DNA of 64,000 nucleotides from an uncultured Clostridia bacterium (GTDB lineage Bacteria > Bacillota > Clostridia > Christensenellales > QALW01): assembly GCA_958448705.1 (NCBI GenBank), contig CAUDEY010000001.1, positions 177,924 through 241,923 on the forward strand, given 5' to 3'. The translations under genes were made by a program, and so were the position numbers. This document shows, piece by piece, positions 11,008-19,641 of this stretch. Each line of letters opens with the position of its first letter. Positions within the stretch are counted from its first letter, which is position 1. A model generated the notes under the pieces. It was not told where the DNA came from and searched no databases. It was given only the letters and a program-made list of their open reading frames with translations.

Positions 11008-11289
11008 ATATTTCGTGTAGAGATTCGCAATGCAAAATACAAAAAATTCATTCCGCCCTATTTTTCTCTTTCCGGAAAACAGAAAAAATAGGAGTTCCAG
11101 AGACTTCTGCAGAGTTGTTCACTGGTGCTTTCATTATAGGGTAATTTTGATATATAAACTTGTGCAAAATAACCATAGGTTTCTTTTTCTTTTTTATGAT
11201 ATAATTAAAATATACAACGTGCAGTTTGCATATGCGGAACGTAAGTCCTGTTGCAGCGGCACGTTTTTCTTTTAAAAGAAGGTGTTACT

Positions 11290-11802
11290 TTGTACAAAAT
11301 AAACGATACCGTGCTTTACAACACAAGAGGAGTCTGCCGAATTTCAGACATTGCCGAACAACACATAGCAGGACAAAATCTGATGTGTTACGTACTGCAT
11401 CCCTTGTTCGGTGAATCCTTTTCCATAGCGATTCCCATAGACAACAAAGCTCTGACAGATAAAATGCGCAGGATCCTTTCAGAAAAAGAAATTTATGCTA
11501 TGATCGATTCGGTAGCAGAAAAAGATACGCCTTGGATTGAAAACGATAAAGAACGGCAGCAAGTGTTTCACAGTATTCTATCCTCAGGCGATCGCCTTCA
11601 GATTATGCGTTTGATCCGAATGATTTATCTGCATCAAAAATCTTTACAGCATACCAATAAAAAACTGCACCTTGCCGATGAGCGAGCCATGAAAGAGGCT
11701 GAGACAATGCTCTACGATGAATTTGCGTATGTATTAAACCTTCGCCCGGAACAGGTCATAGATTTTATTGCCCAGCGAATCCAAATAAAAGAAAAAAAGT
11801 AA
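11290..11802 (+). CDS. CarD/CdnL-family transcriptional regulator-like protein
   Basis: The N-terminus YKINDTVLYNTRGVCRISDI is typical of the CarD_TRCF domain. The likely start is TTG 11290 after AGAAGGTG; ATG 11251 is the alternative. Confidence 0.6.
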   Translation: MYKINDTVLYNTRGVCRISDIAEQHIAGQNLMCYVLHPLFGESFSIAIPIDNKALTDKMRRILSEKEIYAMIDSVAEKDTPWIENDKERQQVFHSILSSGDRLQIMRLIRMIYLHQKSLQHTNKKLHLADERAMKEAETMLYDEFAYVLNLRPEQVIDFIAQRIQIKEKK

Positions 11803-11842
11803 AGCCCACTCCTTATGCAGAAAAGAAGGCCTATTTTAAAAG

Positions 11843-11868
11843 GAAACCGCAATGCGGTTTCTTTTTTT
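11843..11868. terminator. terminator between convergent genes
   Basis: GAAACCGC-AAT-GCGGTTTC followed by TTTTTTT. Confidence 0.7.
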
Positions 11869-11877
11869 AAGCCCCCC

Positions 11878-12759
11878 TTAACTTTGAGGGATAATATCAA
11901 CAATCACCAGTTCAGGGCGGTTAAAAATACGGGGAACTCTTGTAGATTCCCTTGCTAACCCGCGGCTTACGATCATAGATGTCTTTTCAAAAAAATACTG
12001 TCCGCCGGCATACCGGGGAAACCAACCCTCCCCGGGAGAAAAAAGGCCGTTAAGAATTCCCGGAATGCGCCACTGCCCGCCATGGGCATGCCCGGAAAGG
12101 ATCAGGTCAAAGGGATATTCCAAATAAACGGCAATTTCTTCAGGCCGGTGTGCAAGCAAAACAGTAAAAAAGCCGTTTCCATTCAAAGTACAGATAGCCT
12201 CCAGCTGCTTTTGCATAAAATCTTTTTCGCCGTTTTCATCCCCGGCTTCAGGATCATCGATCCCACAGATATTCACCGGATTGCCGTTTAACATAAGGGT
12301 ATATCCGCTGCCCTGCAGCACCGTCACATCATAGGAAGAAAGCAGTGCAAAGATTTCTCCTACATCATCGCTCCAGTATTCATGATTCCCAGTAACATAA
12401 AAGCAGGGATAATTTTTTGTTATCGCCTGCAGCAGTATTTCGGCGTTGTCATGAGGCAGAGCATCATCAAAGATATCTCCGCCCAGCAGAACCGCATCTG
12501 GCTTTTGTCTTTCTATTGCGTCAATCAGCTCCCGCTGTCCTGCGCCGTAAGCACAGGAATGCAAATCCGAAAGAAACGCCAGGCGTACGGTACCCTCCAT
12601 TTTATTGGTTTCTATCGTATAAAAAACAGTATTTAACCGGGTATCCAAAGCAAAACAGGCAAAACTCCCTAATAAAACAAACAGTAAAACAAGCGCCGTT
12701 ATCTTTTTATACTTTATGCCCTGTTTGCCTCTCTGAAGACCTGCATCAGCATTTGCCAT
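11878..12759 (-). CDS. membrane-anchored metallophosphoesterase (YkuE-like)
   Basis: Motifs SDLH, GGDIFDD, GNHEYW and GHAHGG, with an N-terminal TM helix. Confidence 0.8.
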   Translation of the reverse strand: MANADAGLQRGKQGIKYKKITALVLLFVLLGSFACFALDTRLNTVFYTIETNKMEGTVRLAFLSDLHSCAYGAGQRELIDAIERQKPDAVLLGGDIFDDALPHDNAEILLQAITKNYPCFYVTGNHEYWSDDVGEIFALLSSYDVTVLQGSGYTLMLNGNPVNICGIDDPEAGDENGEKDFMQKQLEAICTLNGNGFFTVLLAHRPEEIAVYLEYPFDLILSGHAHGGQWRIPGILNGLFSPGEGWFPRYAGGQYFFEKTSMIVSRGLARESTRVPRIFNRPELVIVDIIPQS

Positions 12760-12977
12760 TCCTCATCATCCTCAATTTCCGTCAGCGTAAGGATTTCCTC
12801 TCCCGGCTGATAAATCGACGCATACACATTAAACTTTCCCTTTTTATCCTTAATATCGTCAGTATAAAAAATATAATCTCTTTCAAAATCATCACTGTGA
12901 TACGAAAACAGGCCGCGGTACTTTGTTTTTTGCCCCTTGCCGTTATCCACAAAAAAATAATTCTTCCGATCCGGCAT
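12714..12977 (-). CDS. DUF1292-like small acidic protein
   Basis: Start at ATG 12977 after GGAGGG. The acidic C-terminus EIEDDEEWQMLMQVF is typical of UPF0473/DUF1292. It overlaps the next gene's start by 46 nt. Confidence 0.55.
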   Translation of the reverse strand: MPDRKNYFFVDNGKGQKTKYRGLFSYHSDDFERDYIFYTDDIKDKKGKFNVYASIYQPGEEILTLTEIEDDEEWQMLMQVFREANRA

Positions 12978-13107
12978 CACTATCCCTCCGTTTTGCCATA
13001 TATCCGTCTGTACTCTCACATTGATTATACCGGAAAATCAAAAAAATAGCAACGGACATTCTTAAACACAAAAAGCTGGGAAAAGCATTCCCCGGCAAGC
13101 AAAAAAA

Positions 13108-15435
13108 TTAAAACCCCTCTAACTCCTCAAAAAATCCTGTTATATTCAAAAACATTCTATATTCCTCAAAACTCAGTCCCTTTTCCATTTCAGGAATAAA
13201 GTGATTGCAGCCACAGCCTGCACTGCCGTTCCACTGCATCAGATAAAATGCTTTTTTCTCCGGCAGCACCCCGATAGACATACTCGCATTCGGCGGAATA
13301 CTGCAATTTCCCGAAAGAAGGACTTGATCGTGCAAAACCTCACGCACGGTATATTCCGCTGCAACCGTTTGCTGTGTATCGTTCACCGCAAATAACGAAA
13401 TCATTCCGTTTTCCGGCTCCCCGCACAGCAGACAAAACGGCTGCTGCGAACGCTTGATATAAGAATACGCCAGCTTTTTGCGACCATACCAATCCACCAC
13501 GGCATCGGAAATCTGTGGCCAGCCGTCAATTACATTCCACCACAAGATGCCCGTTCGGTATCCTTTTTCGGCACGAAATTTTTCTATAAAGAACTTATCT
13601 GCCTCCGCTTGAGAAATCTGACTCTGCAGTGCAAAATCAGAAAGCGAATCCGCCGCTGAACCGAAAAGCCGTTCTACCTGCCGGATCATCAGCGGAATCC
13701 GATAGGCAAAAGGTGCCTTTGAATCCCCTTCAGGATTAGACGCATGAAGCAGCCACTGAGGATCCTCGCATTTTTTGCCGTCCCCCATATTTTTCAGGCT
13801 CTCGCCGGAGAGGAACTGCCGGAGTGTTTCCGGTGCAGGGCAGCCGTGATAACCGGTTTCCGACGCAAAATGACATACAGAATTTTTATAATAATCGCCT
13901 TTAAAAAAATCCCGCGGGCCCCAAAGGTGATCCTCCGAAGGATTCCCGCCGCAAACAGCCGTTTCATCCATATACGGCGAACTTGGCAAATACGGACGGG
14001 TGCCGTCAAACATCTCCACAATATGCGGCAGGAGCCCGCGCGTCAATAAATTTTTATTCGGATCCGCACGGTGCAGCGTTTGCCCGTTCCATACGATTCG
14101 ATTCCACAGGGCAAACTGATCGCACTCATTATCCCCCGACCAGAGCACCAGGCTGGAATGATTCCGCAGGCGGCACACGATCTGTTCCGCCTCTTGTGCA
14201 AGCAGATGCAGAAAACGCTCATCCTCCGGATAAGAGGCACAGGCCATCGCAAAATCCTGCCACACAAGAATCCCGTGTGCATCACAAAAATCAAAAAACT
14301 CCTCATGGGGATAAACATTCCCACCCCAGCAGCGGATCATATTACAACCCAAATCCAGTGCCAAAGCAAGGCCGCGGGGCGTGTATTCCTCATGCCGTGC
14401 AGGAAAGGCGTCTACCGGCACCCAGTTAGTGCCCAAAACAAAGATTTTTTTACCATTAATAAGGAATCCAAAACGGCCGTCTTTTCCAGCCAAAGATGTC
14501 CGATCCAGCGCTACCGTGCGAACGCCGAAAGCGAACGTCCGCGTATCGCACTCTTTTCCGCGGAAAAACAGAGTAACTTTAACCTCATAAAGATTTGGCT
14601 CCCCATAATTCTTCGGCCACCAAAGCCGGACGCGTTCAGCCCTGAGATCCAAAATCTCAGCACTGCCGAAAAGTTTTCTTTGCGCAAAAAAGGACGCTTC
14701 CCCGCATTTTCCTTCCACAGCAACGGTAAAATCCTGCAAAAAATCCTCCTCTGTCTGCACACGCAGAAAGCATTTCAGATCCGCACTTTCCTCCTCAATA
14801 TTAACCGTCCATAAAAAGACCTCTTTTATGCGGCTTTTCGGCTTATATACAAGCTTCACGGGCCGCCAAAGTCCGGCAGATACCGTACGCGGCATAATAT
14901 CCCACCCGTACATATACGGTGCCTTGCGCACGGCAACTGAATCCAAATGATATCGCTGGCTGCGGCAATGCGGCGGTATCGTTAACGTACGGGAATAAAC
15001 CCCCGCAGGAATGATATGTACCACCAGTTCATGCTCTCCCGGCATTATACCATCCAGAGAGAATTCATAAGAAATCAGCATATTTTCAGTTTTGCCCAAA
15101 AGAATACCGTCTATGAAAATTTCCGCCGCAGTATCGATCCCCTCAAAACACAGAAAGGCATCTTGTTCATGCTCCTCCAACCAAAAACGGGAAAAATACC
15201 ACAAATGTGTGCTTTCCAACCGCTGTGCCTGCAGGATATTCACGCCGTAATATAAATCGTTCAGCATCCCCGCACGCATCAGATCCAGTTCCATGCAGCC
15301 CGGCACGGCGGCATCTACAATTGTATACCCGCCCGCACGGATCTCCTGCTCCGTTCTGGCGTAAAAAGGGTCTTTGATGACCCGGCTGTGCGGTACAAGC
15401 GCCACCTGCCAGGAATCCAAAATTTTTTCCTTCAT
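13108..15435 (-). CDS. GH2 family glycosidase, beta-mannosidase-like
   Basis: WWPKNYGEPNLYEV and NMIRCWGGNVYP...VWQDF are typical of GH2 beta-mannosidases. Start ATG 15435 follows GGAGGAG and shows an ATGA overlap with the upstream gene. Confidence 0.75.
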   Translation of the reverse strand: MKEKILDSWQVALVPHSRVIKDPFYARTEQEIRAGGYTIVDAAVPGCMELDLMRAGMLNDLYYGVNILQAQRLESTHLWYFSRFWLEEHEQDAFLCFEGIDTAAEIFIDGILLGKTENMLISYEFSLDGIMPGEHELVVHIIPAGVYSRTLTIPPHCRSQRYHLDSVAVRKAPYMYGWDIMPRTVSAGLWRPVKLVYKPKSRIKEVFLWTVNIEEESADLKCFLRVQTEEDFLQDFTVAVEGKCGEASFFAQRKLFGSAEILDLRAERVRLWWPKNYGEPNLYEVKVTLFFRGKECDTRTFAFGVRTVALDRTSLAGKDGRFGFLINGKKIFVLGTNWVPVDAFPARHEEYTPRGLALALDLGCNMIRCWGGNVYPHEEFFDFCDAHGILVWQDFAMACASYPEDERFLHLLAQEAEQIVCRLRNHSSLVLWSGDNECDQFALWNRIVWNGQTLHRADPNKNLLTRGLLPHIVEMFDGTRPYLPSSPYMDETAVCGGNPSEDHLWGPRDFFKGDYYKNSVCHFASETGYHGCPAPETLRQFLSGESLKNMGDGKKCEDPQWLLHASNPEGDSKAPFAYRIPLMIRQVERLFGSAADSLSDFALQSQISQAEADKFFIEKFRAEKGYRTGILWWNVIDGWPQISDAVVDWYGRKKLAYSYIKRSQQPFCLLCGEPENGMISLFAVNDTQQTVAAEYTVREVLHDQVLLSGNCSIPPNASMSIGVLPEKKAFYLMQWNGSAGCGCNHFIPEMEKGLSFEEYRMFLNITGFFEELEGF

Positions 15436-16052
15436 TTTTCTTCTCCTCCAAAAAGTTTTTCTTCGCACTCAGCGCAAAGAACATGATATATCGGCAGATG
15501 CAATTCCTGTATTTTATAGGTTTCCGTCTCCGGTACGCGAATACAGCAATCACTTAAGGCTGCCAGCGCACCGCCGCTTTGGCCGCAGAGACTGATCATG
15601 CGCAGGCCCATAGCCTTAGCTGTTTTAGCTGCAACACACACATTCCGCGCATTGCCGGAGGTGGATATTCCCCAGAATACATCGTTCTTTCTTCCTAAAG
15701 CAAATACCAGCTGCGCATAGGCAAGAGACGCATCCACATCATTGGAAAATGCGGTCAGTGCCGCCTCAAAGGCCGGTAGCGGAATAGCTGGAATCCCCTT
15801 CTGCAGCCGGGAACGGATCTCTTCTTCCAATTCCGGCAGTTCGCTCTTTTCTACCGGACGCCTTTGCAAAAATCCCTTTAAAAGCTCTCCGGAGATATGC
15901 GCGCAGTCCGCAGCGCTGCCACCGTTTCCGCAAAGCAGTATTTTGCCGCCGCTTTGTGCCGTTTCCACTAAAAGTTCTACCGCAGCTATCATATCGGCTC
16001 TGCACTCCCGAAGGCAGGTATACCGTGCCATGACCTCATCTATTTTTCTCAT
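15432..16052 (-). CDS. SIS-domain protein (GmhA/phosphoheptose-isomerase-like)
   Basis: CGNGGSAADCAHISGEL and ISTSGNARNV motifs. Confidence 0.7.
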   Translation of the reverse strand: MRKIDEVMARYTCLRECRADMIAAVELLVETAQSGGKILLCGNGGSAADCAHISGELLKGFLQRRPVEKSELPELEEEIRSRLQKGIPAIPLPAFEAALTAFSNDVDASLAYAQLVFALGRKNDVFWGISTSGNARNVCVAAKTAKAMGLRMISLCGQSGGALAALSDCCIRVPETETYKIQELHLPIYHVLCAECEEKLFGGEEK

Positions 16053-16974
16053 CATAAACCTCCGCCGCAACGGCCAAGGCCGCCGCATCGCCTATATTTT
16101 CACCCAGAGCCGGAACAGTTATCCTGCAAGCTTCCAGCGCCTGAGGAAGCGCCTCTCTCCGCAAAACCCTCTGCATCTCCTCTTCCAAAAGATCCCGGCA
16201 GCGGGCAAACACACTGCCGATAATGATCAGCTCCGGATTCAGCAAATCGATCACAATAGCAAGTCCCGTTCCCAACTGCCTCCCACAAAGTGCAAAAGCC
16301 TTCTTTGCACAGGAATCTCCCTCGCGCGCCGCGCGTGCCAGCGATGCCGCGGTAATCTTCTCCAGTCCATCCCTGCAGCAAAAAGGGTTTTCCCCCCGCT
16401 GCATTGCTTCTCTGGCAAGCATCTTTCCCAGCTCCGCCAAACCGCCGCCGCTGCAAAAGCCTTCAAAAGAACCCATCTTTCCATAGCCGGCGGGACCAAA
16501 CGAATCCAGACGGATATGTCCCAATTCTCCGGCAAAGCCGTTGGCACCGCTATAGAGCCGGCCATTACAGATAATACCGGCTCCCAATCCGGTACCAAAA
16601 GTTAAAAACACCATGTTTTGCGTCCCCTTGCCCGCTCCAAAACGCCATTCAGCCATGGCGCAGGCATTTGCATCATTGCGCAAACCGGCGGGCACACCAA
16701 AAGCTCCCTCCAACATGCTTTTTATCGCAACCTGATCCCATCCGGGCAGATTGGGCGGCGAAAGAATTATCCCGTTCTTCTCATCCAAGGGGCCGCCGCA
16801 GCTTACGCCAATACTTGCAAATCCCCGCTGTTTTTTGATGACCGCAAAAATCTGCTGCAGCGTTTCTTCTTTATTTGTAGTTGCAAAGCTTATTTTTTCC
16901 TGCACCTCTCCAGTTTCCGTTCCGAATACTACAGCGCATTTCGTTCCGCCGATGTCGATTCCAACATATCTCAC
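16036..16974 (-). CDS. ROK family sugar kinase
   Basis: GIDIGGTKCAVV ATP-binding N-terminus. The likely start is GTG 16974, 7 nt after AAAGGAGG; ATG 16992 sits upstream of that RBS. Confidence 0.8.
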   Translation of the reverse strand: MRYVGIDIGGTKCAVVFGTETGEVQEKISFATTNKEETLQQIFAVIKKQRGFASIGVSCGGPLDEKNGIILSPPNLPGWDQVAIKSMLEGAFGVPAGLRNDANACAMAEWRFGAGKGTQNMVFLTFGTGLGAGIICNGRLYSGANGFAGELGHIRLDSFGPAGYGKMGSFEGFCSGGGLAELGKMLAREAMQRGENPFCCRDGLEKITAASLARAAREGDSCAKKAFALCGRQLGTGLAIVIDLLNPELIIIGSVFARCRDLLEEEMQRVLRREALPQALEACRITVPALGENIGDAAALAVAAEVYDEKNR

Positions 16975-17115
16975 AGTATCGCCTCCTTTCATATTATAAA
17001 AAAATTCTGCCGCTGTTTCTCTCAAAAACTTAGGAATTATCCGCAAATATTTAAGATTTTTATTGAAATTATTGTTTTTTGCGGTATAATAATTCTATAA
17101 AGCGGGAGATGATAC

Positions 17116-17904
17116 TTGATGCAGAAACAGCGGCTGAAAAAAGAAGAATATATCGGTACGGGAAAACACCTGAATGTTGTCCGCCGAAACGCAAAAGATT
17201 TCCCGCTGCATGCCCATGATTACTTTGAACTGGAAATCATCTTAGAGGGGTGCGGCCTGCACCAGCTCAATGGTACAGAATACGCCCTTAAAAGGGGCTG
17301 TGTATATATAGTAAGTCCTGCCGATTTTCATAAAGTAACCGTACAGAAGCCGCTTTTATTATGGAACATTACCTTTGACGAATCACTGCTCTCCTCTGCA
17401 CAGATGCAGACCCTGCTTTTAAAAAAAGAATCCTGCTGTTTTTTTGCAGAGCAGATCCTACAAAAATTAGATACCGCAGCCGAACTTTTATTCCAAGAAG
17501 ATCAAAGCAGCTCACACATTCAACCTCTGATGGATTATATTCTCTCCTTTATTCTGGAAGATACGCCCTTAACAAACGAGCTTTCCGCCGTGAAAAAAGC
17601 CATGCTTTTTGTCCAAACCCATTTTCGCGAAAGTCCTTCGCTGCAGACAGCTGCTGCCCAGGTATGCCTTTCCCCGGTCTATTTCGGCAGTCTGTTTAAA
17701 AAATCCGTGGGGCAGTCCTATACACAATACCTTAACAGTTGCAAGATAAACTGTGCCAAAATATTGTTGGAGGATCATCTTTCTGTAACGGAGGCCTGCT
17801 TTGCCTCGGGCTTTGGCTCGCTTTCCAACTTTTTACAGGTATTCCGACAGCATACGGGCTGCTCGCCCCAGCAATATAAAGCACAAACATTCCAAAAAAC
17901 ATAA
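17116..17904 (+). CDS. AraC family transcriptional regulator (cupin + HTH)
   Basis: C-terminal AraC HTH (SLSNFLQVFRQHTGCSPQQY). Divergent from the ROK-SIS-GH2 operon. Confidence 0.85.
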   Translation: MMQKQRLKKEEYIGTGKHLNVVRRNAKDFPLHAHDYFELEIILEGCGLHQLNGTEYALKRGCVYIVSPADFHKVTVQKPLLLWNITFDESLLSSAQMQTLLLKKESCCFFAEQILQKLDTAAELLFQEDQSSSHIQPLMDYILSFILEDTPLTNELSAVKKAMLFVQTHFRESPSLQTAAAQVCLSPVYFGSLFKKSVGQSYTQYLNSCKINCAKILLEDHLSVTEACFASGFGSLSNFLQVFRQHTGCSPQQYKAQTFQKT

Positions 17905-17935
17905 AAAAAGACCGGCCCCAAGGCAGGTCTTTTTT
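17905..17935. terminator. bidirectional terminator
   Basis: AAAAAGACCGGCC-CCAA-GGCAGGTCTTTTT between convergent genes. Confidence 0.6.
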
Positions 17936-18048
17936 ATACGAAAGAGAAATAAATGGTTTCTTCGGTACCTTTTATCTCTGTCTTCGCCTGAACAAAAGCC
18001 CCGCGGCTTTCCTTCAGGTCTTACCGTTATTATGTGCAGCAAAAATTG

Positions 18049-18264
18049 TTAGCAGCCGCAGCCGTTGTTGTTTCCGCAGCCATTGCCGCAGTCACCGCAG
18101 CAGCAAAGCAGAAGAATCAGAATGATGATCCAGCAGCAGTTGCCGTCACCGCCAAATCCACCGCAGCCATTATTGCCGCCGCAGCAGAAAAGGATGATAA
18201 GAAGAATGATCAGCCAGGTGCAATCATTGTTGCCGCACTCGTTTCTGGAAAAGAATCCGCCCAT
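18049..18264 (-). CDS. tiny Cys/Gly/Asn-rich protein with two hydrophobic helices (YjcZ-like architecture)
   Basis: Start ATG 18264 lies 8 nt after AAAGGAG. Sequence: MGGFFSRNECGNNDCTW-LIILLIILF-CCGGNNGCGGFGGDGNCCW-IIILILLL-CCCGDCGNGCGNNNGCGC. Confidence 0.6.
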   Translation of the reverse strand: MGGFFSRNECGNNDCTWLIILLIILFCCGGNNGCGGFGGDGNCCWIIILILLLCCCGDCGNGCGNNNGCGC

Positions 18265-18448
18265 AATAAAACTCCTTTTTAACAAAAATTTGTAAGTACA
18301 TCTTACAGTGATATATTATGTCAGCGGCGTCAAAGTTGTTACAAACCGCTCCATGTGAAAATTGCTCAGGCTTTTTGTGCAGTTTGACAGTAGCGTCAAA
18401 ATACAGAGCATGATACAATGATAAAAAATAATTCGGGAGGACTGTTTT

Positions 18449-19570
18449 ATGGCAGGCGTTACTTTAAGACATATCTATAAGGTATATCCGGGCGGTGTTA
18501 CCGCTGTTAATGACTTTAACCTGGTAATTAAGGATAAAGAATTTATCGTTTTGGTAGGCCCCTCCGGCTGCGGAAAATCTACCACGCTTCGTATGGTGGC
18601 CGGCCTTGAGGAGATTACCGAAGGCGAACTCTTCATCGGCGATAAGCTGATGAACGACGTTGCCCCCAAAGACAGAGATATCGCAATGGTTTTCCAAAAC
18701 TATGCGCTGTATCCGCATATGACGGTTTACGAGAACATGGCGTTCGGCCTTCGGTTGCGTAAAGTACATAAGGGCGAAATTGACAAAAAGGTTAAAGAGG
18801 CCGCCAAGGCGCTGGGTATTGAAGAATACTTGAACCGCAAACCCAAAGCGCTCTCCGGCGGACAGCGTCAGCGTGTTGCGTTAGGCCGTGCTATCGTGCG
18901 TGAGCCCATGGTTTTCTTAATGGACGAACCGCTTTCCAACTTGGACGCAAAACTGCGTGTACAGATGCGTACCGAAATCACCCGTCTGCATAAACGTTTA
19001 AATACTACTTTCATCTATGTTACCCACGACCAAACGGAAGCTATGACAATGGGTACCCGCATCGTTGTTATGAAGGATGGCTTTATTCAGCAGGTAGATT
19101 CTCCGCAGAACCTCTACGATTATCCCTGCAACAAGTTTGTGGCCGGTTTCATCGGTTCTCCGCAGATGAACTTCTTTGACGCAACGTTGATCAAAGAAGG
19201 CGACAACGTAATTGCGCGCTTTGGCGAAAACAAAGTAACGCTTCCTCAAACGATTGTTTCCAAGCTGACAGATGAAAGCTATATCGGTAAGGATGTTACC
19301 TTAGGAATCCGCCCTGACGATATCCATGACGAACAGGTATTCATCGAAGCACATCCTGAAGCAAAAATTAAAGCGCATGTAGATATTCTTGAAAAGCTGG
19401 GTTTTGAAACCTTAGTTTACTTAGAGATGGATGGCAAAGATGATAACGCCGTTGCCCGTGTCAACCCGCGTTCTACCATTATGAGCGGCGATGACGTTGT
19501 ACTTGCTTTAGATCCTTATCGCATCCAATTATTTGACAAGGATACCGAGGTAAGTATTTTAGATAACTGA
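18449..19570 (+). CDS. sugar ABC transporter ATP-binding protein (MsmX/MalK/UgpC family), with no cognate permease nearby
   Basis: Walker A GPSGCGKST, signature LSGGQRQR, Walker B FLMDEPLSNLD, and a C-terminal TOBE-like domain. Confidence 0.9.
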   Translation: MAGVTLRHIYKVYPGGVTAVNDFNLVIKDKEFIVLVGPSGCGKSTTLRMVAGLEEITEGELFIGDKLMNDVAPKDRDIAMVFQNYALYPHMTVYENMAFGLRLRKVHKGEIDKKVKEAAKALGIEEYLNRKPKALSGGQRQRVALGRAIVREPMVFLMDEPLSNLDAKLRVQMRTEITRLHKRLNTTFIYVTHDQTEAMTMGTRIVVMKDGFIQQVDSPQNLYDYPCNKFVAGFIGSPQMNFFDATLIKEGDNVIARFGENKVTLPQTIVSKLTDESYIGKDVTLGIRPDDIHDEQVFIEAHPEAKIKAHVDILEKLGFETLVYLEMDGKDDNAVARVNPRSTIMSGDDVVLALDPYRIQLFDKDTEVSILDN

Positions 19571-19580
19571 TATAATTTGA

Positions 19581-19615
19581 AAGCCCTCTGCTTGCGCAGA
19601 GGGCTTTTTTATTTT
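19581..19615 (+). terminator. intrinsic terminator
   Basis: AAGCCCTCTGC-TTGC-GCAGAGGGCTT followed by a T-run. Confidence 0.8.
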
Positions 19616-19641
19616 TCTTTGTATGAAACAAATACAAAAAG

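Noticed and set aside
11091-11111. Plus-strand GGAGTTCCAGAGACTTCTGCAG containing an exact UCCAGAGA PyrR-core octamer.
   Set aside because: It is on the wrong strand for the pyr operon. It lies upstream of the CarD-like gene's promoter, so it would not be in either mRNA. It is most likely a chance match.
18034-18282. Plus-strand Ala-rich 82-aa ORF overlapping the Cys-rich tiny-protein gene.
   Set aside because: It has no RBS upstream. It mirrors the GC-rich Cys/Gly codons (GCn versus nGC). The minus-strand frame has an AAAGGAG RBS and a downstream terminator.
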